34,177 bases of DNA from an uncultured Bacteroidaceae bacterium (lineage in GTDB: Bacteria; Bacteroidota; Bacteroidia; Bacteroidales; JAFGXI01). How positions within the stretch are numbered: the first letter of the stretch is position 1; every line of letters begins with the position of its first letter. Under the pieces are notes generated by a model. The model did no database searches. It had not been told where the DNA came from and saw only the letters and a list, made by a program, of their open reading frames with translations. A program made the position numbers and the translations under genes. Positions 1 through 9,619 of the stretch are shown here, in pieces. The stretch lies in NCBI GenBank assembly GCA_964603745.1, contig CAZRWZ010000003.1, positions 1 to 34,177 of the forward strand, given 5' to 3'.

Positions 1-1604
1 GTACACCCATTGCCATCAGTAACAGTTAAATTGTAAGTTCCTGCTGATAAATTAGTTTGGTCTTTGTCTGTTACAACCAAACCAGAACCATCAGATGTAG
101 CCCAATTATAATTATAAGTTCCTGCACCTGTACCTCCTGAGAGTGAAATACTTATTGCTCCATCTTGCAAAGTATTACAAGAAATATTTTGAATATTATC
201 TTCGGTTAATGTTAATATTCCATTCTCGGTTAGAGTAACAGAATATGTTTTTGTACAACCAACAGCATCAGTTAAGTTTAAATCGTAAGTTCCTGCTGTT
301 AATCCTGTTGGGTCTTCTTGTGTTTCTTGTCCCGAAGGAATAGTTCCATCAGCACTTGCCCAACTATATGTATAAGGCGAAGTTCCTCCTGTAACTGTTA
401 TATTAATACTTCCGTTTGTATCTCCGTTACAGAGTGGGTTAGAATGTGTATCACTAATATTAATTACTGTATTATTTTCTAGTTTATAAGGACCTGATGT
501 AATAAAGCAATTATTATCATCAGTAATTGTTATTGTGTAAGTTCCAGAAGATAAACCTGTGAAATTACCATCATTATTTGTTGGTGTTCCTCCTCCAATA
601 TCGTAAGTTAAGGTTCCTGTTCCTCCACTTGCATCAACATCAATAAATCCTGTTCCTCCATCGCAAATATATTGTGAATATGTAGAATCGTCTATTATAA
701 TTGCTGGAGGAGCTGTAACATCATAATCAAATATTTCTGTACAGCCATCTTTATCTGTAATGGTAACAAAATATTTAGCTGCACACAAATTAGAAATAGT
801 GTTTGTAGTTTCACTATTAGACCAATTATAAGAATATGGAGCACCACTAAAAGGTGTAACAACATTAATTTTTATTTTACCATCGCAATCGCTAGGACAA
901 GTTTCGTTTGTTATTGTTTTAAAAGGACTCATTGGAGCTTTTGCAGATACATTCGCATCACAACCAGCAACGTCATTATCATTATCTAAAATAGCAATAT
1001 TATAATCTGTTCCACAACCACAAATATTATTAAAAGTATAGGGTAATGAATTTACTCCTATAATTGCTTCATCAATAGAACAACTGCCATCATTTTCATC
1101 ACCATTTAAAAGTATTGTAATAGGGAAATCTATTGTGCCGCTCTGATAATCAACGGTTATACTCCCATCACAATCGCCGGGACAAGTTTCATTGGTTGAG
1201 CTACAAGATACAGTATAAGAATCTCCTGCTCCTCTTGTTTCAGGGTCATTTAGTATTCGTAGTTTTATATTTTTATTAAATGAGAATTTAGTTTTGTTGT
1301 TTATTTTGTAAGTAATTAATTGCTTTTCGCCTATAAAGCTTAATTTTATGCTTGCGTTTAATGATTTTGTAATTCCAAGTTGATTAAGATTTATATTTAA
1401 AATTTCTTTATCTGTTGAATTTTCATCAAAATAAACATCGTTATAAATTATAGGAACAGAAAATCCACTTTCTCCACCAGAAGTTTCTGCCCAATGATTT
1501 ACATCATTCCAATTGCCCGAACCATTAACCCAATAACGAGACTGAGCATTTAAGTTTATGCTAATAAAAATAAGTAGTATAAATAGAGTATATATTTTCT
1601 TCAT
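1..1604 (-). CDS. SprB-repeat cell-surface adhesin, N-terminal part (gene start in window, 3' end runs off the left edge)
   Basis: Not in the ORF track because no stop lies in the window. A reverse-strand ATG at 1604..1602 opens a frame I translated without stops down to position 3. The product begins MKKIYTLFILLIFISINLNAQ (signal peptide), then RYWVNGSGNWNDVNHWAETSGG. Repeated Cys-containing modules follow (ETCPGDCDGSITV..., LCNGDTNGSINITVTGGTSPYTYSW, LTAGTYDLNLTDAVGC, LSAGTYNLTVTDGNGC), typical of SprB-type repeats in gliding Bacteroidota adhesins. Confidence 0.8.
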   Translation of the reverse strand, partial: MKKIYTLFILLIFISINLNAQSRYWVNGSGNWNDVNHWAETSGGESGFSVPIIYNDVYFDENSTDKEILNINLNQLGITKSLNASIKLSFIGEKQLITYKINNKTKFSFNKNIKLRILNDPETRGAGDSYTVSCSSTNETCPGDCDGSITVDYQSGTIDFPITILLNGDENDGSCSIDEAIIGVNSLPYTFNNICGCGTDYNIAILDNDNDVAGCDANVSAKAPMSPFKTITNETCPSDCDGKIKINVVTPFSGAPYSYNWSNSETTNTISNLCAAKYFVTITDKDGCTEIFDYDVTAPPAIIIDDSTYSQYICDGGTGFIDVDASGGTGTLTYDIGGGTPTNNDGNFTGLSSGTYTITITDDNNCFITSGPYKLENNTVINISDTHSNPLCNGDTNGSINITVTGGTSPYTYSWASADGTIPSGQETQEDPTGLTAGTYDLNLTDAVGCTKTYSVTLTENGILTLTEDNIQNISCNTLQDGAISISLSGGTGAGTYNYNWATSDGSGLVVTDKDQTNLSAGTYNLTVTDGNGC

Positions 1605-1989
1605 TTAGTTAAATTTCAATATTAAATGTTTTTTTACGTATAATTTATCAATTGTGTTACATAGAAATACAATTAATTTACTAAAGTATATTATTATTAT
1701 AATAATACATAATTTATGATATACTAAATTTGTTGTTGAAATTTATTTGTTTTTACAATTAGCTGTTTATTAAAACATTAACGAGTTGATGCTGCAATCA
1801 TCAAATACTTTATAGACAATCTCTATTTAGGGTTTGTTGAGAAACACATAACAGATTGTTGCAAAGACACTTAAACCAAAACATACTATTGTAAGTGCAA
1901 CCTTTTTAAAACATATGTGCTTATGCGTTTGCATTTACAAATGTTAAAACCATAGTTTTATGCTTGCTCTGAGGCACATCATATTTAAT

Positions 1990-2151
1990 ATACTCAAACC
2001 AGATAGCTTTTAAGGTTTTCTACTTTTTCTTTTTCCTTTTTTATTTGTTTAAATTTATAAGCGTAACCTAGCTATGCTTAAAATTTTAAACTCTAAAAAA
2101 GAAAAAATAAATCCATATAAATTCCCGAAAAGCTAAATGGATTGAGTATAT
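1990..2151. repeat. REP-A copy 1: ~160-bp long imperfect palindrome (MITE/REP-like intergenic repeat)
   Basis: Termini are atatactcaa / ttgagtatat, a perfect 10-bp inverted repeat. Inner arms also pair: agatagctttt/aaaagctaaat, tttttctttttcc/aaaaaagaaaaaa, gtttaaatttataagcgt/atgcttaaaattttaaac. Near-identical copy at 5055-5222 and a truncated inverted copy at 31220-31334. Confidence 0.85.
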
Positions 2152-2153
2152 AC

Positions 2154-2184
2154 AAAAAAAGCCCGCAATAAGCGGGCTTTTTTT
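2154..2184. terminator. Bidirectional rho-independent terminator
   Basis: A7 run, then gcccgc-aataa-gcgggc (6-bp GC stem), then T7 run. It lies 22 nt downstream of the stop of the minus-strand gene 2206..3936. Confidence 0.8.
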
Positions 2185-2205
2185 GTTTTTTATTAATATG
2201 TTCAA

Positions 2206-3936
2206 TTACTCAACAATTGATTTAAAAGTTGTGTCTTCGAAATAATTAGCAAATTCCATATCTGTTTTTGCAGCAGCCTTAAGACTTGCATTTTTTTCTA
2301 CAGCCGATCTTAAATTATTAAATAATAAATCGGTGTTAGAACTACGTGCACCTGCAATAGCTTTTAAATAAAAATTCATTGCACTGTCTTTGTCGTCTCC
2401 ACTATCAGCAGCTTTAACAGCTCCGTCATTATCTCCGTTTAATAATTTTGCTAAACCTGAGTTAAAAGAATTATTATCGCCAAACATAGAAACAGCACTT
2501 GCGTAATCAGCTTCTTTTATTGCTACAATTCCTTTGTTATAATTAACCTCTGCACCAGCACCTCCGGCAGATGTAAATAATTCTTTTGCATCGGCAACAT
2601 TACCTTTAACTAATTCTACAGCACCTAAATTATTAAGTACTTTAGAGTTTGTGTTATCTAATTCTTTTGCAGCTTCAAAAGCTTGTTTTGCTTCGTCATA
2701 TTTTTCTGTTTCAAATAAGATAACGCCTTTGTTGTTAAAACCTCTCCACTCTTTAGGATAAATTTCGGAACATTTTGTGTATACATTTAATTTTTGGGCT
2801 TGATCTTTTGTTAAAGTAGCAGCATAAAGTAATTCTTCTACATTTAAGCTATCAGGCTTTGCATTAAAAATAGCTGTAATTTCTTCGTCAGAATATCCAA
2901 TTAAATTAACATTAACATTAATTTTAGAACGACGTAATTTAGGAAGTATATCTTTAGCTAATTCTAAATATACAGCAGAAATATTTTTAATTTCTTTTTC
3001 TCTTGTTTCAGTATCAGAATACATAGAAAGAACTTTTAATATTAAGTCTTTATCTGCAATATCAGAAGCTTGAACTAATTGTTTAAAACCGTCCCAGTCT
3101 TCTGCAGTAATATTATTGCTTACAAAATCTTCTTTGCTTGCAGCTTCTACTTTTCTAAATTGTTTTTGAATGTATTTGTCGGCAGCTTTAGAACGATTAT
3201 CGGCTAATTTAGAGTTTAGGTCTTCTGCTCCATCAGGTGATGCATACGAAGAAACTGTTACGCCTGTAAATTCTTTTCTTTCGTTTTCTTTAGCTTCGTT
3301 AATATATTCAACTAATGCTTTAACCTCATCTTTTCTAAGTTCAGAGCTTCTAACTTGGGCTTGTTGTATATTATATAAAATTTCAGCTTGTTTTTTATCA
3401 GCTGTAATTCTTTGGAATTTGTCTGCTCCAATAATTACTTTACCTTTCATATTAACTAAAAGTGGAGTAGCTATAACACCACTAGCTATTTCTTTTACAT
3501 CAAAACCTACTTTTTTGTCAGGTTTAGTAGCAATATAAGCGTCAACTCTAACTTCAAGTTTAGACATTTTCATTGCATCGGCATAAGAAATTCTGTCTGT
3601 GTAAGAAAAGCTTCCACCACTAACGTAAGCTATTGTAGTATTATTATCTTGAACAGCTTCTCCTTGAACTTTTACAGTTTTAAAGGCTTTTTCTCCGCCT
3701 TCCCATTTCAAAACAGGAGTTACGTCGGCCATTGCTTTTTTGTTAAAGTACTTTTCAGGAAATTTTCCTGTAATACTAATATCTACACTATCCGCATGTT
3801 CTTCTAAAACAGGTGGAGTTACAGTATAATCAACCATACCGTAGTTTTTCTTCATTTTGTTTAAGCCACCGCAACTTGTTAAAATTACTGTGGTTAAAGC
3901 CACTGATACTAATGTTAAAATTTTTCCTCGTCTCAT
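2206..3936 (-). CDS. Lipoprotein with OmpA-C-like segment and C-terminal TPR-like repeats
   Basis: ORF track, 576 aa. Lipobox-type signal (VILTS|CGG). Segment SSYASPDGAEDLNSKLADNRSKAADKYI resembles the OmpA/MotB peptidoglycan-binding motif. The C-terminus has helical repeats (KYDEAKQAFEAAKELDNTNSKVLNNLGAVEL...). TAA stop followed by a terminator. Confidence 0.8.
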   Translation of the reverse strand: MRRGKILTLVSVALTTVILTSCGGLNKMKKNYGMVDYTVTPPVLEEHADSVDISITGKFPEKYFNKKAMADVTPVLKWEGGEKAFKTVKVQGEAVQDNNTTIAYVSGGSFSYTDRISYADAMKMSKLEVRVDAYIATKPDKKVGFDVKEIASGVIATPLLVNMKGKVIIGADKFQRITADKKQAEILYNIQQAQVRSSELRKDEVKALVEYINEAKENERKEFTGVTVSSYASPDGAEDLNSKLADNRSKAADKYIQKQFRKVEAASKEDFVSNNITAEDWDGFKQLVQASDIADKDLILKVLSMYSDTETREKEIKNISAVYLELAKDILPKLRRSKINVNVNLIGYSDEEITAIFNAKPDSLNVEELLYAATLTKDQAQKLNVYTKCSEIYPKEWRGFNNKGVILFETEKYDEAKQAFEAAKELDNTNSKVLNNLGAVELVKGNVADAKELFTSAGGAGAEVNYNKGIVAIKEADYASAVSMFGDNNSFNSGLAKLLNGDNDGAVKAADSGDDKDSAMNFYLKAIAGARSSNTDLLFNNLRSAVEKNASLKAAAKTDMEFANYFEDTTFKSIVE

Positions 3937-4207
3937 AATATTAAAGAAGTTGAATTAAATACATATTTATAATAAATTACAAATTTAACAATGTTTTTAA
4001 AATAAAAAAGATTTTATTGCCTTGATTTACATATTATACAACATTTTTATGCAAAATGGGTATAAATTTGTATTAATTTCGCAAAGCTAAACTACTTGTA
4101 TCTATTGAAAAATAAGGGGTTCTATTGCTCTCATTAATAGATTAAGATTTTTATATATTTTTTTAATTTTTTTCTAGTTTAGCACTAAAATTGCGTTAAA
4201 TAGTTTA

Positions 4208-4939
4208 TTATTCTATCGTTTTTTTAGAAGATATCACTAATCTATTAATTTCTGATAATTCATTTTTTGTTAAATTACGCCATTCGCCAACAGGAATATC
4301 TAAAGATACATTCATAATTCTAACACGTTTTAATTTCACTACTCTATAATCTAAATATTCGCACATTCTACGAATTTGCCTGTTTAATCCCTGTGTAAGT
4401 ATAATTTTAAATTGAGTTCTACCTATTTTACTTACTTCGCATTTTCTGGTAATAGTATCTAATATAGGAATGCCTTTACTCATTTGCTGAATAAATTCTT
4501 TTGTAATTTCTTTATTTACAGTAACTATATATTCCTTTTCGTGATGATTTCTTGCTCGCAATATCTTGTTTACAATATCTCCATCATTAGTTAAAAAAAT
4601 TAAGCCCTCACTTGGTTTATCTAATCTACCTATCGGAAAAATCCTTTCGGGATAATTTATATAATCTATAATATTATCTTTTTCAACTTTTGTATCGGTT
4701 GTGCAAACTATCCCTATTGGTTTGTTAAAGGCAATATACACCATGTTTTTTTCGGGAGCATGAATTATTTTGCCATCAACAATTATTTGATCTTTTTTAG
4801 AAATTTTAGTTCCCATTTCAGGAATTTTCCCGTTAATTTTTACTCGACCTTGTTCTATAAGTTTATCTGCTGCTCGGCGAGAGCAGTAGCCTATTTCGCT
4901 TAAATATTTGTTTATTCTGGTATTTTCTTGTTCTTGCAT
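4208..4939 (-). CDS. rluF: 23S rRNA pseudouridine synthase, RluF-like (RsuA family)
   Basis: ORF track, 243 aa. S4 domain ([29 protein letters not shown]). Catalytic motif [21 protein letters not shown] plus [11 protein letters not shown] and RIMNVSL..GEWR. It is colinear with E. coli RluF as I remember it. Confidence 0.9.
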   Translation of the reverse strand: MQEQENTRINKYLSEIGYCSRRAADKLIEQGRVKINGKIPEMGTKISKKDQIIVDGKIIHAPEKNMVYIAFNKPIGIVCTTDTKVEKDNIIDYINYPERIFPIGRLDKPSEGLIFLTNDGDIVNKILRARNHHEKEYIVTVNKEITKEFIQQMSKGIPILDTITRKCEVSKIGRTQFKIILTQGLNRQIRRMCEYLDYRVVKLKRVRIMNVSLDIPVGEWRNLTKNELSEINRLVISSKKTIE

Positions 4940-5054
4940 TAATTTAGAAAGCTTATATTAATTGATTAATCTACGACAATGAAAGTGCAAAAATATTTTT
5001 AATTAACATCTTATACAAATTTAATTTTAAAATACTCTATAAGATAAAAGTGTA

Positions 5055-5222
5055 ATACTCAAACCACATAGTTTTTCGGGTTTTCTACTTTTTCTTTTTC
5101 CTTTTTTATTCGTTTAAATTTATAAGCGTAACATTAGATATGCTTAAAATTTTAAACTCTAAAAAAGAAAAAATAAATGTGCATAAATTCACAAAAAGCT
5201 AAATGGATTGAATATATTTGTT
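5055..5222. repeat. REP-A copy 2 (full length, same orientation as copy 1)
   Basis: Aligns to 1990-2151 over essentially its whole length with scattered substitutions. For example, ttttcggg here corresponds to tttaagg in copy 1, and cacaaaaag here to cccgaaaag in copy 1. Confidence 0.85.
5213..5220 (+). promoter_or_regulatory. Candidate Bacteroidota -7 promoter box TATATTTG (TAnnTTTG consensus)
   Basis: Exact match to TAnnTTTG, 33 nt upstream of the TTG start at 5254. It straddles the right terminus of REP-A copy 2. Confidence 0.35.
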
Positions 5223-5253
5223 ATTTTTGTTTATTGTAAGAAAATAATTATCA

Positions 5254-8200
5254 TTGAATAAAGACCTAGTAATAATAATTGATAAGCTTGAAGCATTTAT
5301 TCGTAAATTCTATAAAAACAGGATTTTACGTGGTTCTATTTTGTTAATTTTATTATCCTCTATTTATTTTTTACTAATTACATCAATTGAATTTTATGCA
5401 CGTTTTGGCTCTGTTTTAAGAGCTTTTCTTTTGTTTTCTTTTGTTTTTCTAAATATTAGCATATTTATTTATTATGTTTTAATTCCTTTTCTTAAAATTT
5501 ACCGCATTGGTAAACGCTTAGATTATTACACAGCATCAAAAATAATTGCAAAACATTTTTCTAATGTTGATGATAAGATTATCAATGTTTTAGAGCTTTC
5601 TGAAGACGACAAAGTTAGTGGTTCGTCAAAAGAATTGATATTGAAAAGCATAGAGCAAAAATCTAAAGAATTGAAACCTGTTATTTTTACAAAGGCAGTA
5701 AACTTACGTGAAAATTTAAAATTTGCTAGATATTTTGTACCTGTTGCTATTATTGTTTTAGTAATTTTGTTTTTTAACCCTGCAATAATTTCTGATGGTG
5801 CAACACGTGTTATTCATTACAATACTTTTTACAAAATAGAAGCTCCATATTTATTTAATTTACAAAACGATAGTTTGTCGATAGAGAAAGGCAAAGATTT
5901 TGAAATTAAACTAGAAATTGAAGGAAAAGAGCTGCCGCAAAGAATGTTTGTGAAGTATGGCGGTGTAAAATATCTAATGAAAAAAGAACAAAAGAGATTC
6001 TATTCTTACAAGCTTTTTGGTGTAAACAACAACATCAATTTTTATTTTACCGACGAAGAATTTACCTCCGAAAAACATAATTTAAAAGTAATGCCGGTGC
6101 CTACAATCATAGATTTTAGCATAAGCATCAATCCACCTAATTATACTGGTGCTAAATCTTTTATATTAAAAAATATTGGCGATATATCGGTGCCAGAGGG
6201 TAGTAAAATTACTTGGGATTTTAACACAAAATTTGCCAACAAATTGATTTTAACTTTTAATGATAGTATTAAACTAAATCCTAACAAGGGTTTAAAAAGT
6301 TTTGTTTTTGAAAAACAAGCAAAAACAGACCAAAATTATAGTATTAATATCTCTAATAAATATATTGACAAAAAAAATATTTTAAAATACAAACTACTTG
6401 TTACTAAAGACTTGTATCCAGAAATAAGATTGCGTGCAATTGAAGACAGCAGCCAAGTTGGCTTGTTTTATTTTTCGGGAATAATTTCTGATGATTATGG
6501 GTTTAAGAAGCTAAAATTCAATTATAAAGAAAAAGATAGCGACAAATTATTTTCTGTTGATTTACCTGTAAATAAACAAACTACCACTCAAGAATATTTC
6601 TATTCTTTCGATTTTAATTCTGTTGATATAAAAACAGATATTGAATATTATTTCGAGGTTTTTGATAATGATGAAGTAAATGGTAGCAAATCGGTGAAAA
6701 CCGTAAAATATGTTTTTCATAAACTAAGCGAGAAAGAGCTTGCCGAATACGAAAATGATAAAAACAAAAGCATTAATTCTAAAATAGAAGAAACAAAAAA
6801 ATTAACAAAAGATTTGCAAAAAGATTTAGCCGAATTACAAAAAGATTTAATCAATAATAAAAATTCGGAGTGGGAAAATACGCAAAAATTAAAAAATATT
6901 ATAGAAAAACAAAATCAGTTAGAAAAACTGATGGACAATATATCTAAAGAAAACAAAGAGAAAAATAAATTGTCGGATACCTACGATAAAAAATCGGAAG
7001 AGCTTAAGCAAAAGCAAGAAGAAATTCAAAAACTTTTAGATAAAGTAATGGACGATGAGATGAAAAAACTTATGGAAGAGCTTCAGAAACTTATGGAAGA
7101 ATTTGACGAGAAAAAGCTTAACGAACTTAGCCAAGAATACGAAATGTCGCTTGAGGATATGAACAAACAATTAGATCGTAATCTAGAACAACTTAAACAA
7201 TTAGAAGTAGAAAAAAAACTAGAAAAAACAATTGACGATTTAAACAAACTTGCAGGAGAACAAAAAAAACTATCGCACAAAACAGAAAAGAAAGAAGAAG
7301 GTTTAGAAAATTTGCAAAAGCAAGAAAAAGAACAAGCCGATAAGTTTGATGAGTTGAAAGAAAATTACAAAGACCTGCAAAAGAAAAACGAAGCATTAGA
7401 AAATCCTATGCGAATAGAAGATTTTGAGCAAGAGCTTGAAAACATTAAACAACAGTTTAATAAAACAAACGAAGAAATGCAGAAATCTAACAGTAAAAAA
7501 GCATCGAAAAGCCAAAATAAAAACTCGCAGCAAATGCAAGAACTTGCACAACAAATGCAGGCTATGATGCAATCTGGGCAATCATCGCAACAATCTGAAA
7601 ACGAAGATGATTTAAAACAAATTTTAGATAATGTAATTAGATTTTCTATAAATCAAGAAGAACTGTTAAGCGAAACTAAAACAATAAACACAAGAGATCC
7701 TCGAAAGGTTGAAATAACAAATGAGCAAAATAAAATATTTGACAATTTTGAATTAATACAAGATAGTTTATATGCTTTGGCAAAACGAATTCCTCAGTTA
7801 AACAGCAAAATAAACAAAGAAATTGTTTATATCAATAAGCAAAAAGAATATTTAGTTGACGAAATGGAAGATAATAAATTGGCACAAGCAAAAGTTCGGC
7901 AGCAAAATATAATGACATCGGCAAACGAATTAGCTTTGTTATTAGACGAGGTTCTAAAACAAATGCAACAGCAAAAAAAATCTCAGTGTTCCGGAAATAA
8001 TCAATGTAACAAACCCGGCGGTGGTAAACCTTCTTTATCGCAAATGCGAAAACAACAAGAAAGCCTAAAATCGCAAATGGAAGGTATGATTAAAGATTTG
8101 AAAGGACAAAAGAAAAATCCTGGAGGACAAAAAACCAACAAGAGTATAGCAAAAATGTTAGCTCAACAAGAAATGTTTCAAGATCAATTGTCGGAACTAA

Positions 8201-8556
8201 TGCGAAACTCGAATCTTTCGCCTAAAGATGCTAAAAAATTAAGCGAAATTAATGGCATGATTGAGGATATGAAAAAAGATCTTGTAAATAAAAATATTAC
8301 ACCAGAATTAATTCGTCGTCAAGATCAGATAATTACACGTTTGTTAGAGGCAGAAAATTCTGAGTATGAAAGAGAAATAGATAAAAAACGCAAATCGGAA
8401 CAAGGTTTTGATGATGAAAGACAAAATCCTCCGGATATAGAAAAATATAAAAAATCGCAAGAAGGATTTGATGAAATATTACTTTATAAGAACCTGAAAC
8501 TTAACAGATACTATAAAGAAAAATATAATGAATATATGTTAGAATTAAACAAATAA
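5254..8556 (+). CDS. Large membrane-anchored coiled-coil protein, DUF4175-like
   Basis: ORF track, 1100 aa, TTG start. N-terminus DKLEAFIRKFYKNRILRG followed by hydrophobic helices. Central K/E/Q-rich coiled coil of about 300 aa. Cys motif QCSGNNQCNKPGGGKP. The size and layout match what I recall of the Bacteroidota DUF4175 family (not verified). Confidence 0.75.
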   Translation: MNKDLVIIIDKLEAFIRKFYKNRILRGSILLILLSSIYFLLITSIEFYARFGSVLRAFLLFSFVFLNISIFIYYVLIPFLKIYRIGKRLDYYTASKIIAKHFSNVDDKIINVLELSEDDKVSGSSKELILKSIEQKSKELKPVIFTKAVNLRENLKFARYFVPVAIIVLVILFFNPAIISDGATRVIHYNTFYKIEAPYLFNLQNDSLSIEKGKDFEIKLEIEGKELPQRMFVKYGGVKYLMKKEQKRFYSYKLFGVNNNINFYFTDEEFTSEKHNLKVMPVPTIIDFSISINPPNYTGAKSFILKNIGDISVPEGSKITWDFNTKFANKLILTFNDSIKLNPNKGLKSFVFEKQAKTDQNYSINISNKYIDKKNILKYKLLVTKDLYPEIRLRAIEDSSQVGLFYFSGIISDDYGFKKLKFNYKEKDSDKLFSVDLPVNKQTTTQEYFYSFDFNSVDIKTDIEYYFEVFDNDEVNGSKSVKTVKYVFHKLSEKELAEYENDKNKSINSKIEETKKLTKDLQKDLAELQKDLINNKNSEWENTQKLKNIIEKQNQLEKLMDNISKENKEKNKLSDTYDKKSEELKQKQEEIQKLLDKVMDDEMKKLMEELQKLMEEFDEKKLNELSQEYEMSLEDMNKQLDRNLEQLKQLEVEKKLEKTIDDLNKLAGEQKKLSHKTEKKEEGLENLQKQEKEQADKFDELKENYKDLQKKNEALENPMRIEDFEQELENIKQQFNKTNEEMQKSNSKKASKSQNKNSQQMQELAQQMQAMMQSGQSSQQSENEDDLKQILDNVIRFSINQEELLSETKTINTRDPRKVEITNEQNKIFDNFELIQDSLYALAKRIPQLNSKINKEIVYINKQKEYLVDEMEDNKLAQAKVRQQNIMTSANELALLLDEVLKQMQQQKKSQCSGNNQCNKPGGGKPSLSQMRKQQESLKSQMEGMIKDLKGQKKNPGGQKTNKSIAKMLAQQEMFQDQLSELMRNSNLSPKDAKKLSEINGMIEDMKKDLVNKNITPELIRRQDQIITRLLEAENSEYEREIDKKRKSEQGFDDERQNPPDIEKYKKSQEGFDEILLYKNLKLNRYYKEKYNEYMLELNK

Positions 8557-8663
8557 TAGTTGTTGTAAAAAAATTTATACAAATTAAATGCAACTAATTA
8601 TTATCAATAAAGTATAAGCAATAGGTTGAATAAAATTCTATTTAAAACTTTGGCAGGTTAATT

Positions 8664-9059
8664 ATGATAAAAAAAATTAAATTAAAAACACATACAGATA
8701 GTCTACTGATTGTTGAAAAATATATAGATCAGATGAAAGATGAAGGTATTATTACAGAAGACTGTTATGGAAATATAATGGTTTGTGCAACCGAAGCAGT
8801 TAATAATTCTATATATCACGGAAATAAAGAAGACATAAAAAAATCAATTTATTTACAAATTGAATACAACGATAAAAATTTAGTTTTTAATGTAAAAGAT
8901 GAAGGTGCGGGCTTCAATTACGAAAATATCCCTGACCCAACATTACCAGAAAATTTAGAAAAATTAAGCGGCAGAGGTGTTTTTTTAATTAAAAATCTTG
9001 CCGATGAGGTAGAGTTTTTAAACAATGGCTCCGAAATTAAATTTTCGTTTAAATTATAG
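8664..9059 (+). CDS. GHKL-type ATP-binding protein, RsbW/SpoIIAB-like anti-sigma serine kinase fold
   Basis: ORF track, 131 aa. N-box EAVNNSIYHG, G1 box VKDEGAGF, G2 box GRGVFLIKNLADEVEF. Confidence 0.75.
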   Translation: MIKKIKLKTHTDSLLIVEKYIDQMKDEGIITEDCYGNIMVCATEAVNNSIYHGNKEDIKKSIYLQIEYNDKNLVFNVKDEGAGFNYENIPDPTLPENLEKLSGRGVFLIKNLADEVEFLNNGSEIKFSFKL

Positions 9060-9088
9060 AAACAGCTCCTTTTTCTACACAAATATTA

Positions 9089-9508
9089 ATGATAAATTTT
9101 AACTATAATTATCCAGATTTTTCTTTAGAAAACAATTTACAATATAAATTGTGGATTGAAAATTGCATAGAACATTTTAAGCTTGAAACAGGCGAAATAT
9201 CTTATACTTTTGTTAATGATAATGAACTCTTAGATATTAACAAAGAATTATTAAATCACGATTTTTATACTGATATTATTACGATAGACCAACGTGTTGG
9301 TGATATTATTTCGGCAGATATTTTTATTTCTATTGATAGAATTAAAGATAATTCTAAAGAATTAGAAACCGAGTTTTCTGAAGAACTAAAACGAGTTATT
9401 ATTCACGGTTTACTCCATATTGTTGGTTTTAACGACCATAGTGATAACGAAAAATCGGAAATGCGTAAGCAAGAAGATTTTTGCATTTCGTTGTTTAATT
9501 CCAATTAG
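9089..9508 (+). CDS. ybeY: rRNA maturation endoribonuclease YbeY
   Basis: ORF track, 139 aa. Zinc-binding motif HGLLHIVGFNDH (H-G-x-L-H-x-x-G-x-x-H). Confidence 0.9.
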   Translation: MINFNYNYPDFSLENNLQYKLWIENCIEHFKLETGEISYTFVNDNELLDINKELLNHDFYTDIITIDQRVGDIISADIFISIDRIKDNSKELETEFSEELKRVIIHGLLHIVGFNDHSDNEKSEMRKQEDFCISLFNSN

Positions 9509-9605
9509 GGTCTGCTGAAAATCTCTGAGGGGCATTAGATTTTTTGTGTTCGTGAGTTTCAGTCTAAAAGGTGGGTGAAGAATTTAAATTGCAGAATACA
9601 AAGCC
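9503..9605. repeat. REP-B half copy (left terminus plus internal module)
   Basis: aattagggtctgctgaaaatc resembles the REP-B terminus taattagNgtctgYY. gtgaagaatttaaattgcagaatacaaag matches gtgaggaatttaaaccgcagaatacaaaag at 13189-13219. It fills the convergent gap between ybeY and the histidine kinase gene. Confidence 0.6.
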
Positions 9606-9619
9606 CTACAAGGCATTTT

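Noticed and set aside
1810-1884. 24-codon Cys-rich mini-ORF on the minus strand (MFWFKCLCNNLLCVSQQTLNRDCL)
   Set aside because: It is very short, has no recognisable promoter or translation context, and overlaps a REP-B terminus fragment (actttatagacaa). An ORF of this length is expected by chance, so coding cannot be supported from sequence alone.
4080-4195. Long-range inverted repeat cgcaa-agctaaacta ... tagtttagc-N7-ttgcg just downstream of rluF (possible large hairpin or ncRNA)
   Set aside because: Only 9+5 bp pair across a loop of about 80 nt, in DNA that is roughly 75% AT. There is no U-tract and no second copy elsewhere in the window, so it is compatible with chance.
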